Shown: piece by piece, positions 49,892 through 58,920 of the stretch
How positions within the stretch are numbered: the stretch's first letter is position 1
How the letters are laid out: each line of letters starts with the position of its first letter
NCBI GenBank assembly: GCA_963735455.1
Contig: CAVTKZ010000004.1
Coordinates: 504,758 to 568,757 of the forward strand
Length of the DNA stretch: 64,000 nt
Reading direction: 5' to 3'
DNA from: an uncultured Chloroflexia bacterium
GTDB lineage: Bacteria > Chloroflexota > Limnocylindria > Limnocylindrales > CSP1-4
Made by a program: the position numbers and the translations under genes
The notes under the pieces: generated by a model
What the model was told of the DNA's origin: nothing
Databases searched by the model: none
The model's input: the letters and a program-made list of their open reading frames with translations, nothing else

Positions 49892-50964
49892 TGCTTGGCC
49901 GCTCCGCCGACCTTGAGCACCGCGTTGGGCAGGACCGGGTCGCCGTGCAGGTCGCCGACCTGGGAGTGGATCGCCCGGAGGCTGGTCATGAGCTCGGCGA
50001 ACTGGCCCAGGGTGATCGACTGCTCGCCGTCGGACAGCGCCTCGTCGGGTCGCGGGTGGACCTCGACCATCACCCCGTCGGCGCCGGCGGCGACGCCGGC
50101 CATCGACATCGGCTTGATCAGCCAGCGCTTGCCGGTGGCGTGCGACGGGTCGACGATCACCGGCAGGTGGGTCAGGTGGTGGAGGAGGGGCACGGCGGCC
50201 AGGTCGAGCGTGTTGCGGGTGTACGTCTCGAAGGTCCGGATGCCCCGCTCGCACAGGATCACGTTGGGATTGCCGGAGCTGACGATGTACTCGGCCGACA
50301 TCAGCCACTCCTCGATCGTGGCGCCGTAGCCGCGCTTGAGCATGACCGGCCGGGCGACCCGCCCGACGGCGGTCAGGAGCGAGTAGTTCTGCATGTTGCG
50401 GGTGCCGACCTGGAGGATGTCGGCGTACTCGGCCACGATGTCGACCTGGTTGGGCTCCATCACCTCGGTGATCACCGGCAGGCCGGTCCGCTCGCGCTCC
50501 TCGGCCAGGTAGCGCAGGCCCTCCACGCCCAGGCCCTGGAACGAGTACGGGCTGGTGCGCGGCTTGAAGGCGCCGCCACGGATGATCGTGGCGCCGGAGG
50601 CCACCACGCCGTCGACCGTCTCACGGAGCTGGTCGCGACTCTCGATCGAGCACGGGCCGGCCATCACGGTCAGGCTGCCGTCGCCGATCACCGCGTCAAG
50701 GACCCGGACGACCGTGTCCTCGGGGTGGAACTCGCGCGAGGTGAGCTTGAACGGGCGGCTGATCGGGGTGACCGCCTCGACGCCGCCGAGGGCCTCGAGC
50801 CGGCTGATCAGGACCGGCTTGCGGCTGCCGATCTCACCGACGACCGCGATCACGAGCCGCTCGGCGCCGGCGTGGTCGTACGGCACGAGCCCTTCCGCCA
50901 GGATCAGGCTCTTGACCGCATTCGTCTCGGCCTGGCTGGCCGAGGCGCTCATCACCACGAACAT
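49888..50964 (-). CDS. aroF: DAHP synthase type I-beta with N-terminal regulatory domain
   Basis: [31 protein letters not shown]. Confidence 0.96.
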   Translation of the reverse strand: MFVVMSASASQAETNAVKSLILAEGLVPYDHAGAERLVIAVVGEIGSRKPVLISRLEALGGVEAVTPISRPFKLTSREFHPEDTVVRVLDAVIGDGSLTVMAGPCSIESRDQLRETVDGVVASGATIIRGGAFKPRTSPYSFQGLGVEGLRYLAEERERTGLPVITEVMEPNQVDIVAEYADILQVGTRNMQNYSLLTAVGRVARPVMLKRGYGATIEEWLMSAEYIVSSGNPNVILCERGIRTFETYTRNTLDLAAVPLLHHLTHLPVIVDPSHATGKRWLIKPMSMAGVAAGADGVMVEVHPRPDEALSDGEQSITLGQFAELMTSLRAIHSQVGDLHGDPVLPNAVLKVGGAAKH

Positions 50965-51022
50965 CGGTGCTCCGCGTCCTTTCGCGTGGTTTGCTTTCCC
51001 GTAGTGGCCCGGCTCGGCCAAC

Positions 51023-51049
51023 AAAAAAAGCAGAGGTCTGACCTCTGCT
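51023..51049 (-). terminator. Attenuator terminator upstream of aroF
   Basis: Minus strand reads AGCAGAGGTCAGACCTCTGCT (hairpin) running into a T7 tract. Confidence 0.88.
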
Positions 51050-51095
51050 CATCCCGGCACGACCCGTGCTCCCGGGTCTCAGCTTCCGGGTTCGG

Positions 51096-51134
51096 TCATG
51101 CCGGGCGTTGGTAGGCGAAAAAGAAGGTGTGCAT
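51096..51134 (-). CDS. Aromatic-amino-acid leader peptide MHTFFFAYQRPA
   Basis: ATG CAC ACC TTC TTT TTC GCC TAC CAA CGC CCG GCA TGA between the promoter and the terminator of the aro operon. Confidence 0.82.
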   Translation of the reverse strand: MHTFFFAYQRPA

Positions 51135-51146
51135 GTGCGTCCCCGA

Positions 51147-51176
51147 ACGGTAGCCGAGCGCCGTCCGCCCTGTCAA
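51147..51176 (-). promoter_or_regulatory. aro operon promoter
   Basis: TTGACA-N18-TACCGT on the minus strand. Confidence 0.65.
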
Positions 51177-51198
51177 CGAGTTGGCTACAGTGGCGGGC

Positions 51199-51552
51199 AT
51201 GCTGCGCGTCGGCTCCATCGTGATCCGCGTGGATGACCTCGAGCGCCAGGCCCGCTTCTGGTCGGCTGCCCTCGACTACCAGCGGCGGCCGGGCGACGGC
51301 GACGATTTCGCCCTGCTCAGCCCGAGCGACGGCAGCGGCCCGAACGTCTCGCTCGACCGGGTCCGCTCGACGGTCCACGTGCCGCCCCGGATCCACCTCG
51401 ACCTGTACGCCGGGGACCAGGCCGCAGAGGTCGCCCGGCTGGTCGGGCTGGGGGCCACCGAGGTCCACTGGGACAAGCGGCCGCCCGATGCCGACTACGT
51501 CATCCTGGCCGACCCCGAGGGCAACCGCTTCTGCGTGATCGACGCCGGCTGA
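51199..51552 (+). CDS. VOC/glyoxalase-like family protein
   Basis: RFWSAALDY, RIHLDL, LADPEGNRFCV. Confidence 0.9.
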   Translation: MLRVGSIVIRVDDLERQARFWSAALDYQRRPGDGDDFALLSPSDGSGPNVSLDRVRSTVHVPPRIHLDLYAGDQAAEVARLVGLGATEVHWDKRPPDADYVILADPEGNRFCVIDAG

Positions 51553-51614
51553 CGCCTGGGCAACGTGCCCGGTCGGCGCATGACCCCGTGCTATTCTGGC
51601 GCCCGCGGTCCCGC

Positions 51615-51706
51615 GGAGAGGTCGCATAGTGGCCTAGTGCAGCGGTTTGCTAAACCGCCAAGTGGGGTAACCTGCTTCGAGGGTTCGAATCCCTCCCTCT
51701 CCGCCA
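51615..51706 (+). tRNA. tRNA-Ser(GCU)
   Basis: Anticodon arm GCGGT-TTGCTAA-ACCGC; long variable arm; CCA. Confidence 0.96.
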
Positions 51707-51716
51707 CTCCCGCAAT

Positions 51717-51792
51717 GCGCCCGTAGCTCAGCGGATAGAGCGTTAGGTTGCGGACCTAAAGGTCGTGGGTTCGAGTCCCGCCGGGCGCGCCA
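51717..51792 (+). tRNA. tRNA-Arg(GCG)
   Basis: 76-nt cloverleaf GCGCCCG..CGGGCGC-GCCA; anticodon arm TTAGG-TTGCGGA-CCTAA; GCG at 51750-51752. Confidence 0.93.
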
Positions 51793-51836
51793 CCATTCGA
51801 GCCGGGGCGTCACCTCGGGCGGAGTAGCACGCAGGC

Positions 51837-53063
51837 ATGTTCGAGCGACCGGCGCATCGGAAGCAACCTGCTCCGGGATCCACCCGCCCGGGATCGACGA
51901 GCGCCGATCGAGCCTCGCAGGATGCCGGCAGCCATCCCCTCCTGGGCCTTCAGCGTTCGGCGGGCAATGCCGCCGTAGCGGCCCTGGTCGCGCCGCCGCC
52001 GTTCGTCCAGCGGCGGGCCAGCACGCCCTCCGAGCACGTCCTCAGCGCGGCTGATGAGAAGGACCTGCCGGCTGTCGAGGACGCGCCTGGACTCGTCGCC
52101 GAGCTGGCCGCCCTCAACGACGAGGCTGCCGAGGCGCGCAAGGCAAAGACGGCGCTGGCCCCCGACAAGGCTGCCCGGATCGCCGAGATTCGACGCCTGC
52201 TGAACCTCAGGACGATCGGCGACGAAGCCGAGACCCTCCGGCGCAACAGCCGCAAGGAGACGGCCGCGGCCTGGTTCAAGGAGGTCAAGTCTGTCCAGTT
52301 CCTGGGCAGATCCGTCTTCGTCCATCAGCTCCTGGCCGACCGCCTCACGCTGGCCGAGGCAGCCCTCCAGGCGGAAGCGCCGCCACCCGACGGCTGGGTC
52401 CGCGAGGGACACAGCGGCCTGCGGGAACCGGGTCAGGGTCTTCATTCCCTGGGGCTGGCGATCGACCTCAACCCCCACACGAATCCGTGGCTGGTCAACC
52501 CGGACGCGAACTACGCGAGCACGGTCGAGGCCCCCGCCCAGAGCCGGGCGGTCCGAGACGTGATCGATCGCGCCGTCCTGCTGGTCACCGGCCAGACGCC
52601 CAAGGAGGCCGACCTGCAATCCCGGCCCAAGGTTGACGACCGCGACGCCCGGGTGGAGGCCAGCTACGACAAGCTTTCCGCGGCCTCCAGCGCCCTCGCC
52701 CAGTACTTCAGCCTCACCGAGGACACGCTCAGGCCGCTGGTGGAGGGGCTGGGCGACAAGGACAAGCAGAAGCGATCGGTGGCCCAGTGGCTGAAGGTGA
52801 TCGCCGCCGACCGAGCCACCCTCGACGCGAAGGGCGCCGCCAAGGACTGGACAAACCCGCAGGGCGGATTCCTGGACCTGGACAAGCGCCTCGTGAAGGC
52901 GATGACCGACAGTTCCGGCGCCGGCCTGACCTGGCTCGGCGACGCGACCACGGCGATGGGCCGGGACATCATGCACTTCGACACGCGCGGGCTGGACTCG
53001 GTCCACGTCCGCCGAATCTGGAACTCGACGCAGGGCGGCTCGATCAACATCGGGGAGGGCTGA
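51837..53063 (+). CDS. Hypothetical protein with a split M15-type peptidase motif
   Basis: HSLGLAID (HxxGxAxD) and distal WLG..DIMHFD; N-terminal LQRSAGNAAV..VQR. Confidence 0.7.
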   Translation: MFERPAHRKQPAPGSTRPGSTSADRASQDAGSHPLLGLQRSAGNAAVAALVAPPPFVQRRASTPSEHVLSAADEKDLPAVEDAPGLVAELAALNDEAAEARKAKTALAPDKAARIAEIRRLLNLRTIGDEAETLRRNSRKETAAAWFKEVKSVQFLGRSVFVHQLLADRLTLAEAALQAEAPPPDGWVREGHSGLREPGQGLHSLGLAIDLNPHTNPWLVNPDANYASTVEAPAQSRAVRDVIDRAVLLVTGQTPKEADLQSRPKVDDRDARVEASYDKLSAASSALAQYFSLTEDTLRPLVEGLGDKDKQKRSVAQWLKVIAADRATLDAKGAAKDWTNPQGGFLDLDKRLVKAMTDSSGAGLTWLGDATTAMGRDIMHFDTRGLDSVHVRRIWNSTQGGSINIGEG

Positions 53064-53078
53064 CGGGGTCGCCGGTCC

Positions 53079-53951
53079 TCAGGTCCGCCCGATCATCAAC
53101 CGGCCGATCGAGCCGACGTGCAGGCCATCGCTCCGACCGGCGAACCAGCGGGCGTTGATCGCGGCGCCGTCCAGGTCGAGCAAGCCCCGGGCGCCAAGCT
53201 CGCGCATGCCCTGGGCCAGTGCTCCTGGCTCGAAGAACGCCGTCCAGGGCTCACCGGCCCGGGCCACCCGATCGGACATCCGCCCGAGGGCCAGTCGCTC
53301 GAGCGAGCTCAGCATCGCCGGCGGCAGGGCGTAGTCGAAGACGATCGCGCTGCCCGGTGGTCGGGCGAGGACATAGGCCAGGACGTCCCAGACCGAGGCC
53401 TCGGCCAGGTACATCGTCACGCCCAGCCAGGCGAAGACGGCCGGCCGCTCCGGATCGAAGCCTCCCGCCGCGAGCTCAATGTCCAGGCGTTGCCGGTCGA
53501 AGTCGACGGCGACGAATGAGGCGCCGGCCGGTCCGCCCGGGATCGCGATGCCGGCCCCGGCCAGGCACTCCTGCTTCCAGGCCTGGGTCGCCGGGTGGTC
53601 GATCTCGAAGACCCGCAACCAGGGCCAGGGATTGCGGTAGGCAAACGTGTCGAGGCCGGCGCCGAGGACCACGTACTGGTTCAGGCCGGCCTCCGCGGCG
53701 GCTCCCACGACCTCCTCGGCGCAGCGGCTCCGGGCTACCACGAACGCGCGCAGCAGGCGCGCGGCCGGGTGCTCGTCCGGATTGGGCGGGAACGTCCGGC
53801 CCAGCCGGGCCTCGAGCCGCTGGCGCTCGTCGGCACCGATGATCCGAAGGGCGAGGGGATCATCGAGGACGAGCGGCCGGTCGAGGAGCTGATGGGCCGC
53901 GCGCCGGCGAGCGACGCCGAGGGCCGTGCGGCTAGGTCGAGCCGGGATCAT
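53079..53951 (-). CDS. SAM-dependent methyltransferase, leucine carboxyl methyltransferase-like
   Basis: TALGVARRRA, VVLGAGLDTFAYR, FEIDHP, WLGVTMYL. Confidence 0.92.
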   Translation of the reverse strand: MIPARPSRTALGVARRRAAHQLLDRPLVLDDPLALRIIGADERQRLEARLGRTFPPNPDEHPAARLLRAFVVARSRCAEEVVGAAAEAGLNQYVVLGAGLDTFAYRNPWPWLRVFEIDHPATQAWKQECLAGAGIAIPGGPAGASFVAVDFDRQRLDIELAAGGFDPERPAVFAWLGVTMYLAEASVWDVLAYVLARPPGSAIVFDYALPPAMLSSLERLALGRMSDRVARAGEPWTAFFEPGALAQGMRELGARGLLDLDGAAINARWFAGRSDGLHVGSIGRLMIGRT

Positions 53952-54058
53952 GGCCTGAGGCTACACGCGCGGCGTACCCTCGAGCCAGCGCCACACGGGC
54001 GACCGCCATTCCGTCACCACGACGACCGCCGGTTGGCGCGCCACAAGCACAGGACCTG

Positions 54059-54910
54059 ATGCCCAGTCTTCGATCCCGCACCCTCTTGGCAGCCCTGGCA
54101 ACCGTCGGCGCGCTGCTCCTGGTAGGGGGCGGCCTGCTCGTGCGGGCCGGCCAGCCAACGGACACCGGCTCCGCCCTCCTCGCCGCTGCCTCCGTCCCGC
54201 CTGCGACCATCGCCTCCACGCCAGGCCCAACCCTGGCGGCCAGCTCGCCGACGATCCTTCCTTCGCCCCTTCAATCTGCCCCGGCAGCACCGACGAAGGC
54301 TCCGTGGCCGGCGCCCAACATGCCCTTCGCAATGGACCTCTATCGGAAGGGCGACTACGTCGGCGAGCTCGAGAAGGTCTGGTGCCTGCCCGCCGCGATG
54401 CAGACCTCGATGAACATCATGGATCCCGGTGCCGACACGACCCGGGCGACCCAGGCCCGGATCTTCAAGCTGGCCCGGTCGCTCGACCCGGCGCCCGATG
54501 GCGCGGCCGAGCCCGAAGCCTGGGCGAAGGGCCTGACCAAGCTGGGCTACGGGAGCTACGCGGTGGCCGTGCAGTCCTCGATCCGGGACGCGATCCAGCT
54601 GGCCGCCCGCCAGGTCCGGCTGACGAACCGTCCCGCCGGCCTGCTGGTCTGGCGGGGCGCCCACTCGTGGGTGATGTCCGGCTTCACCGCCACCGCCGAT
54701 CCCGCCCTCACGAATCGGTTCACGGTCACCGCGGTTCGGATCGAGGACGTCTGGTATCCCCGGTTCTCGACGATCTGGGGCTACTCCAATCCGCCCGACA
54801 CGCTCGTGCCGGTGTCGGCCCTCCACCTTGACTACCTGCCCTGGAAGCGACCGACCGGCAAGTACCCGGGCAAGGACGGCAAGTTCGTCCTGGTGATCCC
54901 GACGACCTGA
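54059..54910 (+). CDS. Exported protein with a putative C39/papain-like Cys-His-Asp triad
   Basis: N-terminal signal/TM segment, Pro/Ser linker, WCLPAAMQ..GAHSWVM..EDVWYP. Confidence 0.65.
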   Translation: MPSLRSRTLLAALATVGALLLVGGGLLVRAGQPTDTGSALLAAASVPPATIASTPGPTLAASSPTILPSPLQSAPAAPTKAPWPAPNMPFAMDLYRKGDYVGELEKVWCLPAAMQTSMNIMDPGADTTRATQARIFKLARSLDPAPDGAAEPEAWAKGLTKLGYGSYAVAVQSSIRDAIQLAARQVRLTNRPAGLLVWRGAHSWVMSGFTATADPALTNRFTVTAVRIEDVWYPRFSTIWGYSNPPDTLVPVSALHLDYLPWKRPTGKYPGKDGKFVLVIPTT

Positions 54911-54946
54911 CCCACGCTCGAGGGCTGGATCCTCGTCGTTGGCCGC

Positions 54947-56632
54947 CTAGGAGCGAGCCGTCTTGGGCGTCCTGGGGGTCCTGGCCGGCTCGGGCGTCTT
55001 GGGCGTTGCCGGGCGGCGAGTCCGGGCACGCTTGGCCGGCTTCACCGACTCGGGCGGGTCACTGACGGCCGCCGCGGTCTGGGCGACTTCCAGGGCTCGT
55101 GCCCGGGCGGCAGCCGCGAAGGCGCCCATCGCGACCTCGGCCTCGATCGAGTCGGGTGGCGGTGGCGGTTCGACGACGGGCTCCTTGCGCATCGGCGGAG
55201 CGTCGTCGATGACGGGCTCGGGCTCCTCGTCGGTTGACCGGAGCGTGGTTCGGTGAATCCAGCCCTCGGCCCCGACCGGTGTCCTGACCTTGACCCAGGC
55301 TCCCTGGCGGCTGGTGATCTCAACTTCGTCGTTGGCCTGGAGCTGGCCGACCTGGGCGCCCCGGATCTCGTCGGGGATATCGGTCAGGGCCACGAGGTCA
55401 TAGCGAACCCGACGGCGCTCGAGGCCGGCAGCCGCCTCGGCGCCGAAGGTCAGGGCCGCGACTGGAGCCGCGGCGATCCGGGGGCTCGCGTAGCGGGCCG
55501 TCTTGAGCGAGGGCCGCCGCCAGCGGGGCATCAGCGCCTCGCCGTATGGCTCGAGCATCGCTGCACTGGCCGCCGCAGGGAATGCCGCAGCCGGGCTTGG
55601 GATCGCGAGGGCCGGTGCCGCCGGGAGCGGCGCGACCGTGGCCGGCTTGACCTTGGGCGCCTTGGGTGCCTTGACCTTGCTGCCCTTGTCGGGCTTGGGC
55701 GGAATCGCCAGGGCAGCCGGGCCCAATGCCGGGCGGCCACCGAACGGCGGTGGTCCGGCGGGAACGGGCTCGGGCTTGGGCTTCCGGCCCCGGCGCCGGA
55801 ACAGGAACCACCACAGGCCGGCCAGAATCGCGGCGGCCAGGATGACCAGGAACGGACTGCCTGAGCCACCCGGTGGCGAGACTGGCGTGAGCGGCGCCGC
55901 GCCGGAGCCGGCGGAGTCGCCCGGCCCACTGCTCGAGCCGACCGCGCCGACCGCGCCCAGGACGCCGTCAGTCGAGGTCGGGCTGGGCGTCGGGGCCGCG
56001 CTGGCGATCGTTGGCGTCGGGGTCGCCGTCGCGGCGACGGTCGCGGCGGGCGTCGGAGTCGGCGCTGGCGTCGGCTTGGGAGTCGGCTTGGTCGTCGGCT
56101 TCGGGGTTGGCTTGGGCGTCGGCTTTGGTGTGGGTTTCGGTGTCGGCTTCGGTGTCGGCTGTCGGTGTCGGGGCCGTCACGCTGATCGGGGTCGGGGCGC
56201 CCGCCATGTTCTGTTTAGCGCACGTCGTGCCTTGGCCGTCGGTGAACGAGTAGGTGTGGGAGCCCTGGGCGAGGGTCATCGAGTGAGTAAATGTGATGCC
56301 AGACTTGAGGCTGGGATCGTTGACCGGTGGGTCCACCCCGCCAGGGGGTGTCATCGCAATCGGAGCGCCGCCGTCGATGATCAGTTCGGCACAGGCATTG
56401 GCGCGCATGTTCCGATCGGCGTAGAAGACAGAGAAGTGGAACGTCGTTGCGGTCGTCCCGCTGCGTCGGGGACACGGTCCCGCCACAGATGAACGTCGCG
56501 GGCGCTGGCGTCGGCGGCGGAGTGCACACCGCGGCTGCGGCCGGGACGCGCGGTCCCGAAGACCGTCAACGAGACGGCCAGGAGCAGGGCCGCGACCAGG
56601 ACGGCCGTTGCCCGATTGGCGCCGGAAGCCAA
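54947..56632 (-). CDS. Membrane-anchored protein: signal peptide, Cys-containing domain, (PTPK)n stalk, TM helix, SH3b-like domain (frameshifted)
   Basis: GGAGG SD and TTG 56632; ORF pieces 56381-56644, 56215-56529, 55968-56864 and 54947-55726; FLVILAAAILAGLWWFLFRRR TM; GAWVKVRTPVGAEGWIH. Confidence 0.7.
56020..56175 (-). repeat. Imperfect 6/12-bp in-frame repeat encoding a Pro/Thr/Lys linker
   Basis: Repeated GGTGTCGGCTT/GGCGTCGGCTT units on + (PTPKPTPK on -). Confidence 0.8.
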
Positions 56633-56789
56633 ACTCCTCCGCATAGCGACGCAAAAGTACGGTGCGCCCGGGGCGATATCCGTGACCTATCCGTCCCGTT
56701 GGGCGGTGACCCTTTCGGTTTCGGCGCTGGGGCGTCCGCGCACCACGCCGCCCACCACGAAGTCCGCCGAGGGGCCTAGACTCCGCCTC

Positions 56790-57671
56790 GTGGAGCGGAT
56801 CGGTTTCCTGGGCCTGGGCACGATGGGCTCGGCGATGGCCGGCCACCTCCTTCGCTCGGGCCACCCGTTGACCGTCTGGAACCGGACGCCCGGCCGGGCC
56901 GCCGAGCTGGTGACGGCCGGGGCGGCCGAGGCAGCCAGTCCGGCCGCGGTCGCGGCGGAGAGCGACGTGATCGTGATGTGCGTCTCCGATACGCCCGACG
57001 TCGAGGCGATCCTCTTCGGTCGGGCCGGCGTCGCCGAGGGCGCCCGCGCCGGGACCCTCGTGATCGACTGCTCGACGATCGCGCCGGGGGCCACCCGGGA
57101 CATGGCCGGCCGCCTGGCGGGGCTGGGGGTGGACCTCGCCGATGCCCCGGTCTCAGGGGGCTCGGAGGGCGCCCAGAAGGCCACCCTGACCATCTTTGTC
57201 GGCGCCGAGCCGGCGGTCTTCGAGCGCGCCCGGCCGATCCTCGAGGTGATCGGCAAGACGATCACCCATGTCGGTCCGATCGGCAGCGGCCAGGCCGTCA
57301 AGGCCGTCAACCAGGTGATCCTGGCCGGTACATACCTGGGCGTTGCCGAGGGGATCGTGCTGGCCCTCAAGTCCGGCCTGGACGTCGAGCAGGTGGTGGC
57401 CGCCCTGAGTGGGGGAGCGGCCCAGAGCTGGGTCCTGGCCAACCGCAGCGGACGGATGCTGGCCAACGACTACCCGCTCGGCTTCAAGGTCGAGCTCCAC
57501 CTCAAGGACCTCGGGATCGCCTTGGGCCTGGCGGCCGAGTCGGGCGTCGAGCTGCCGGTCAGCCAGCTCTGCGCGGAGATCGAACGGGGGCTGGTCGAGG
57601 GCGGCCACGGCGCCGACGACATGTCGGCCGTCGCCCGCCGGATCCGGGCCCTGGCCGGCCTGCCCAGCTAG
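56790..57671 (+). CDS. Beta-hydroxyacid dehydrogenase (3-hydroxyisobutyrate / tartronate semialdehyde reductase family)
   Basis: GFLGLGTMG, DAPVSGG, KAVNQ, KDL. Confidence 0.93.
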   Translation: MERIGFLGLGTMGSAMAGHLLRSGHPLTVWNRTPGRAAELVTAGAAEAASPAAVAAESDVIVMCVSDTPDVEAILFGRAGVAEGARAGTLVIDCSTIAPGATRDMAGRLAGLGVDLADAPVSGGSEGAQKATLTIFVGAEPAVFERARPILEVIGKTITHVGPIGSGQAVKAVNQVILAGTYLGVAEGIVLALKSGLDVEQVVAALSGGAAQSWVLANRSGRMLANDYPLGFKVELHLKDLGIALGLAAESGVELPVSQLCAEIERGLVEGGHGADDMSAVARRIRALAGLPS

Positions 57672-57678
57672 CCCCGGC

Positions 57679-58863
57679 CTACTCCCCGGGCGCGCCCAGG
57701 AGGAGCAGCGGTTCGCCCAGCTTGCCCGAGTAGATCGGCCGGAAGCGCTCGACGTCGTACATCTTGGGAACGTCCACCGAGCGCGGTGGCACGCCCGGCT
57801 CGGGCAGGTGGGTCTGGGCGTAGCGGCCGTCGCGGATCGCGACCATCCGGCCGCTGACCCCGTCCCGGATCAGGTCCATGGCCACGTTGGCAAAGGTCAT
57901 CGCCACCATCTGGTCGAGCTGGTCGGCCTCCCCGCTGCGCAGGTCGTAGGTCAGCTCGCTGGCCACCGCCTCGATCCCCGTCCGCTTGCGCAGCTCGTCG
58001 GCCAGGACCTCGCCGATGTTCACCTTGTGGCGGTGGCCGAAGGAGTCCGCCTCGCCCCATTCGGCCAGCTTGGCGCCCTGCCAGATCGCGCCCTCGGCGG
58101 TGATCACGAAGGCATACCGGCTGGGGTTGTTGCGCCAATCCTCGGCCAGCAGCTCGGCCAGCGCCGCGAGGTCGAAAGGCGCCTCGGGGATCACGCAGCG
58201 GCCCGAGGCGACATAGGCCGTGAATAGGGCCGTGAAGCCGCAATCGCGCCCGAAGATCCGGAAGACGCCGATGCGCTCGTGGGATCCAAGGGTCGTCCGC
58301 TGGCGGTTGATCAGCTCCTTGGCCCGGGTGATCGCCGTCGAGAAGCCGATGCAGTACTCGGTTCCCTGGACGTCATTGTCCATCGTCTTGGGGATGCCGG
58401 TCAGGGGAATCCCGGCGTCGACCAGGACCCGGGCGAAGCTCAGCGTGTCGTCGCCGCCGATCGCCACCAGGTGGTCGATCCCGAGGGCTGCCACGTGGTC
58501 GAGGACGAGCGGGGTCAGGTCGAACGTGTCCGGGCCGCTCGCATACTGGGCCGCGGCGGCGGGCGTCAGCCAGGGCGGCAGGTTGCGCGTGGCGACCTTG
58601 CGCGGGTTGGTCCGCGACGTGTGCAGCCAGGTCCCGCCGGTCCGGTCGATTGTCCGGGTGTTGGTCCGGTCGAGGGGCCGGATGTAGGCCGGGTCGAGCT
58701 GGGGACCGGGCTGCATGTGGGTCAGCCCTTCCCAGCCGCGCCGAATCCCGAGGACCTCGTAGCCGAGCTCGGTCGAGCGATAGACCACGCCCTTGATCAC
58801 CGAGTTGAGGCCGGGCACGTCGCCGCCGCCGGTAAGGATCCCGATCCGCCGGGTCCGGGTCAT
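57679..58863 (-). CDS. pfkA: 6-phosphofructokinase, PPi-dependent signature
   Basis: TGGGDVPGLN, GGDDT, PKTMDND, FGRDCG. Confidence 0.92.
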   Translation of the reverse strand: MTRTRRIGILTGGGDVPGLNSVIKGVVYRSTELGYEVLGIRRGWEGLTHMQPGPQLDPAYIRPLDRTNTRTIDRTGGTWLHTSRTNPRKVATRNLPPWLTPAAAAQYASGPDTFDLTPLVLDHVAALGIDHLVAIGGDDTLSFARVLVDAGIPLTGIPKTMDNDVQGTEYCIGFSTAITRAKELINRQRTTLGSHERIGVFRIFGRDCGFTALFTAYVASGRCVIPEAPFDLAALAELLAEDWRNNPSRYAFVITAEGAIWQGAKLAEWGEADSFGHRHKVNIGEVLADELRKRTGIEAVASELTYDLRSGEADQLDQMVAMTFANVAMDLIRDGVSGRMVAIRDGRYAQTHLPEPGVPPRSVDVPKMYDVERFRPIYSGKLGEPLLLLGAPGE

Positions 58864-58920
58864 CGTGGTTCGTCCTCCATTGCCTGCGTCATGGGAATCC
58901 TACTCGGCTACCATCCCTCC

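Noticed and set aside
56625-56720. c-di-GMP-I riboswitch-like words (GCCAAAC..GACGCAAAAG)
   Set aside because: No GNRA-capped P2 stem, and the segment is the SD/start region of the minus-strand gene.
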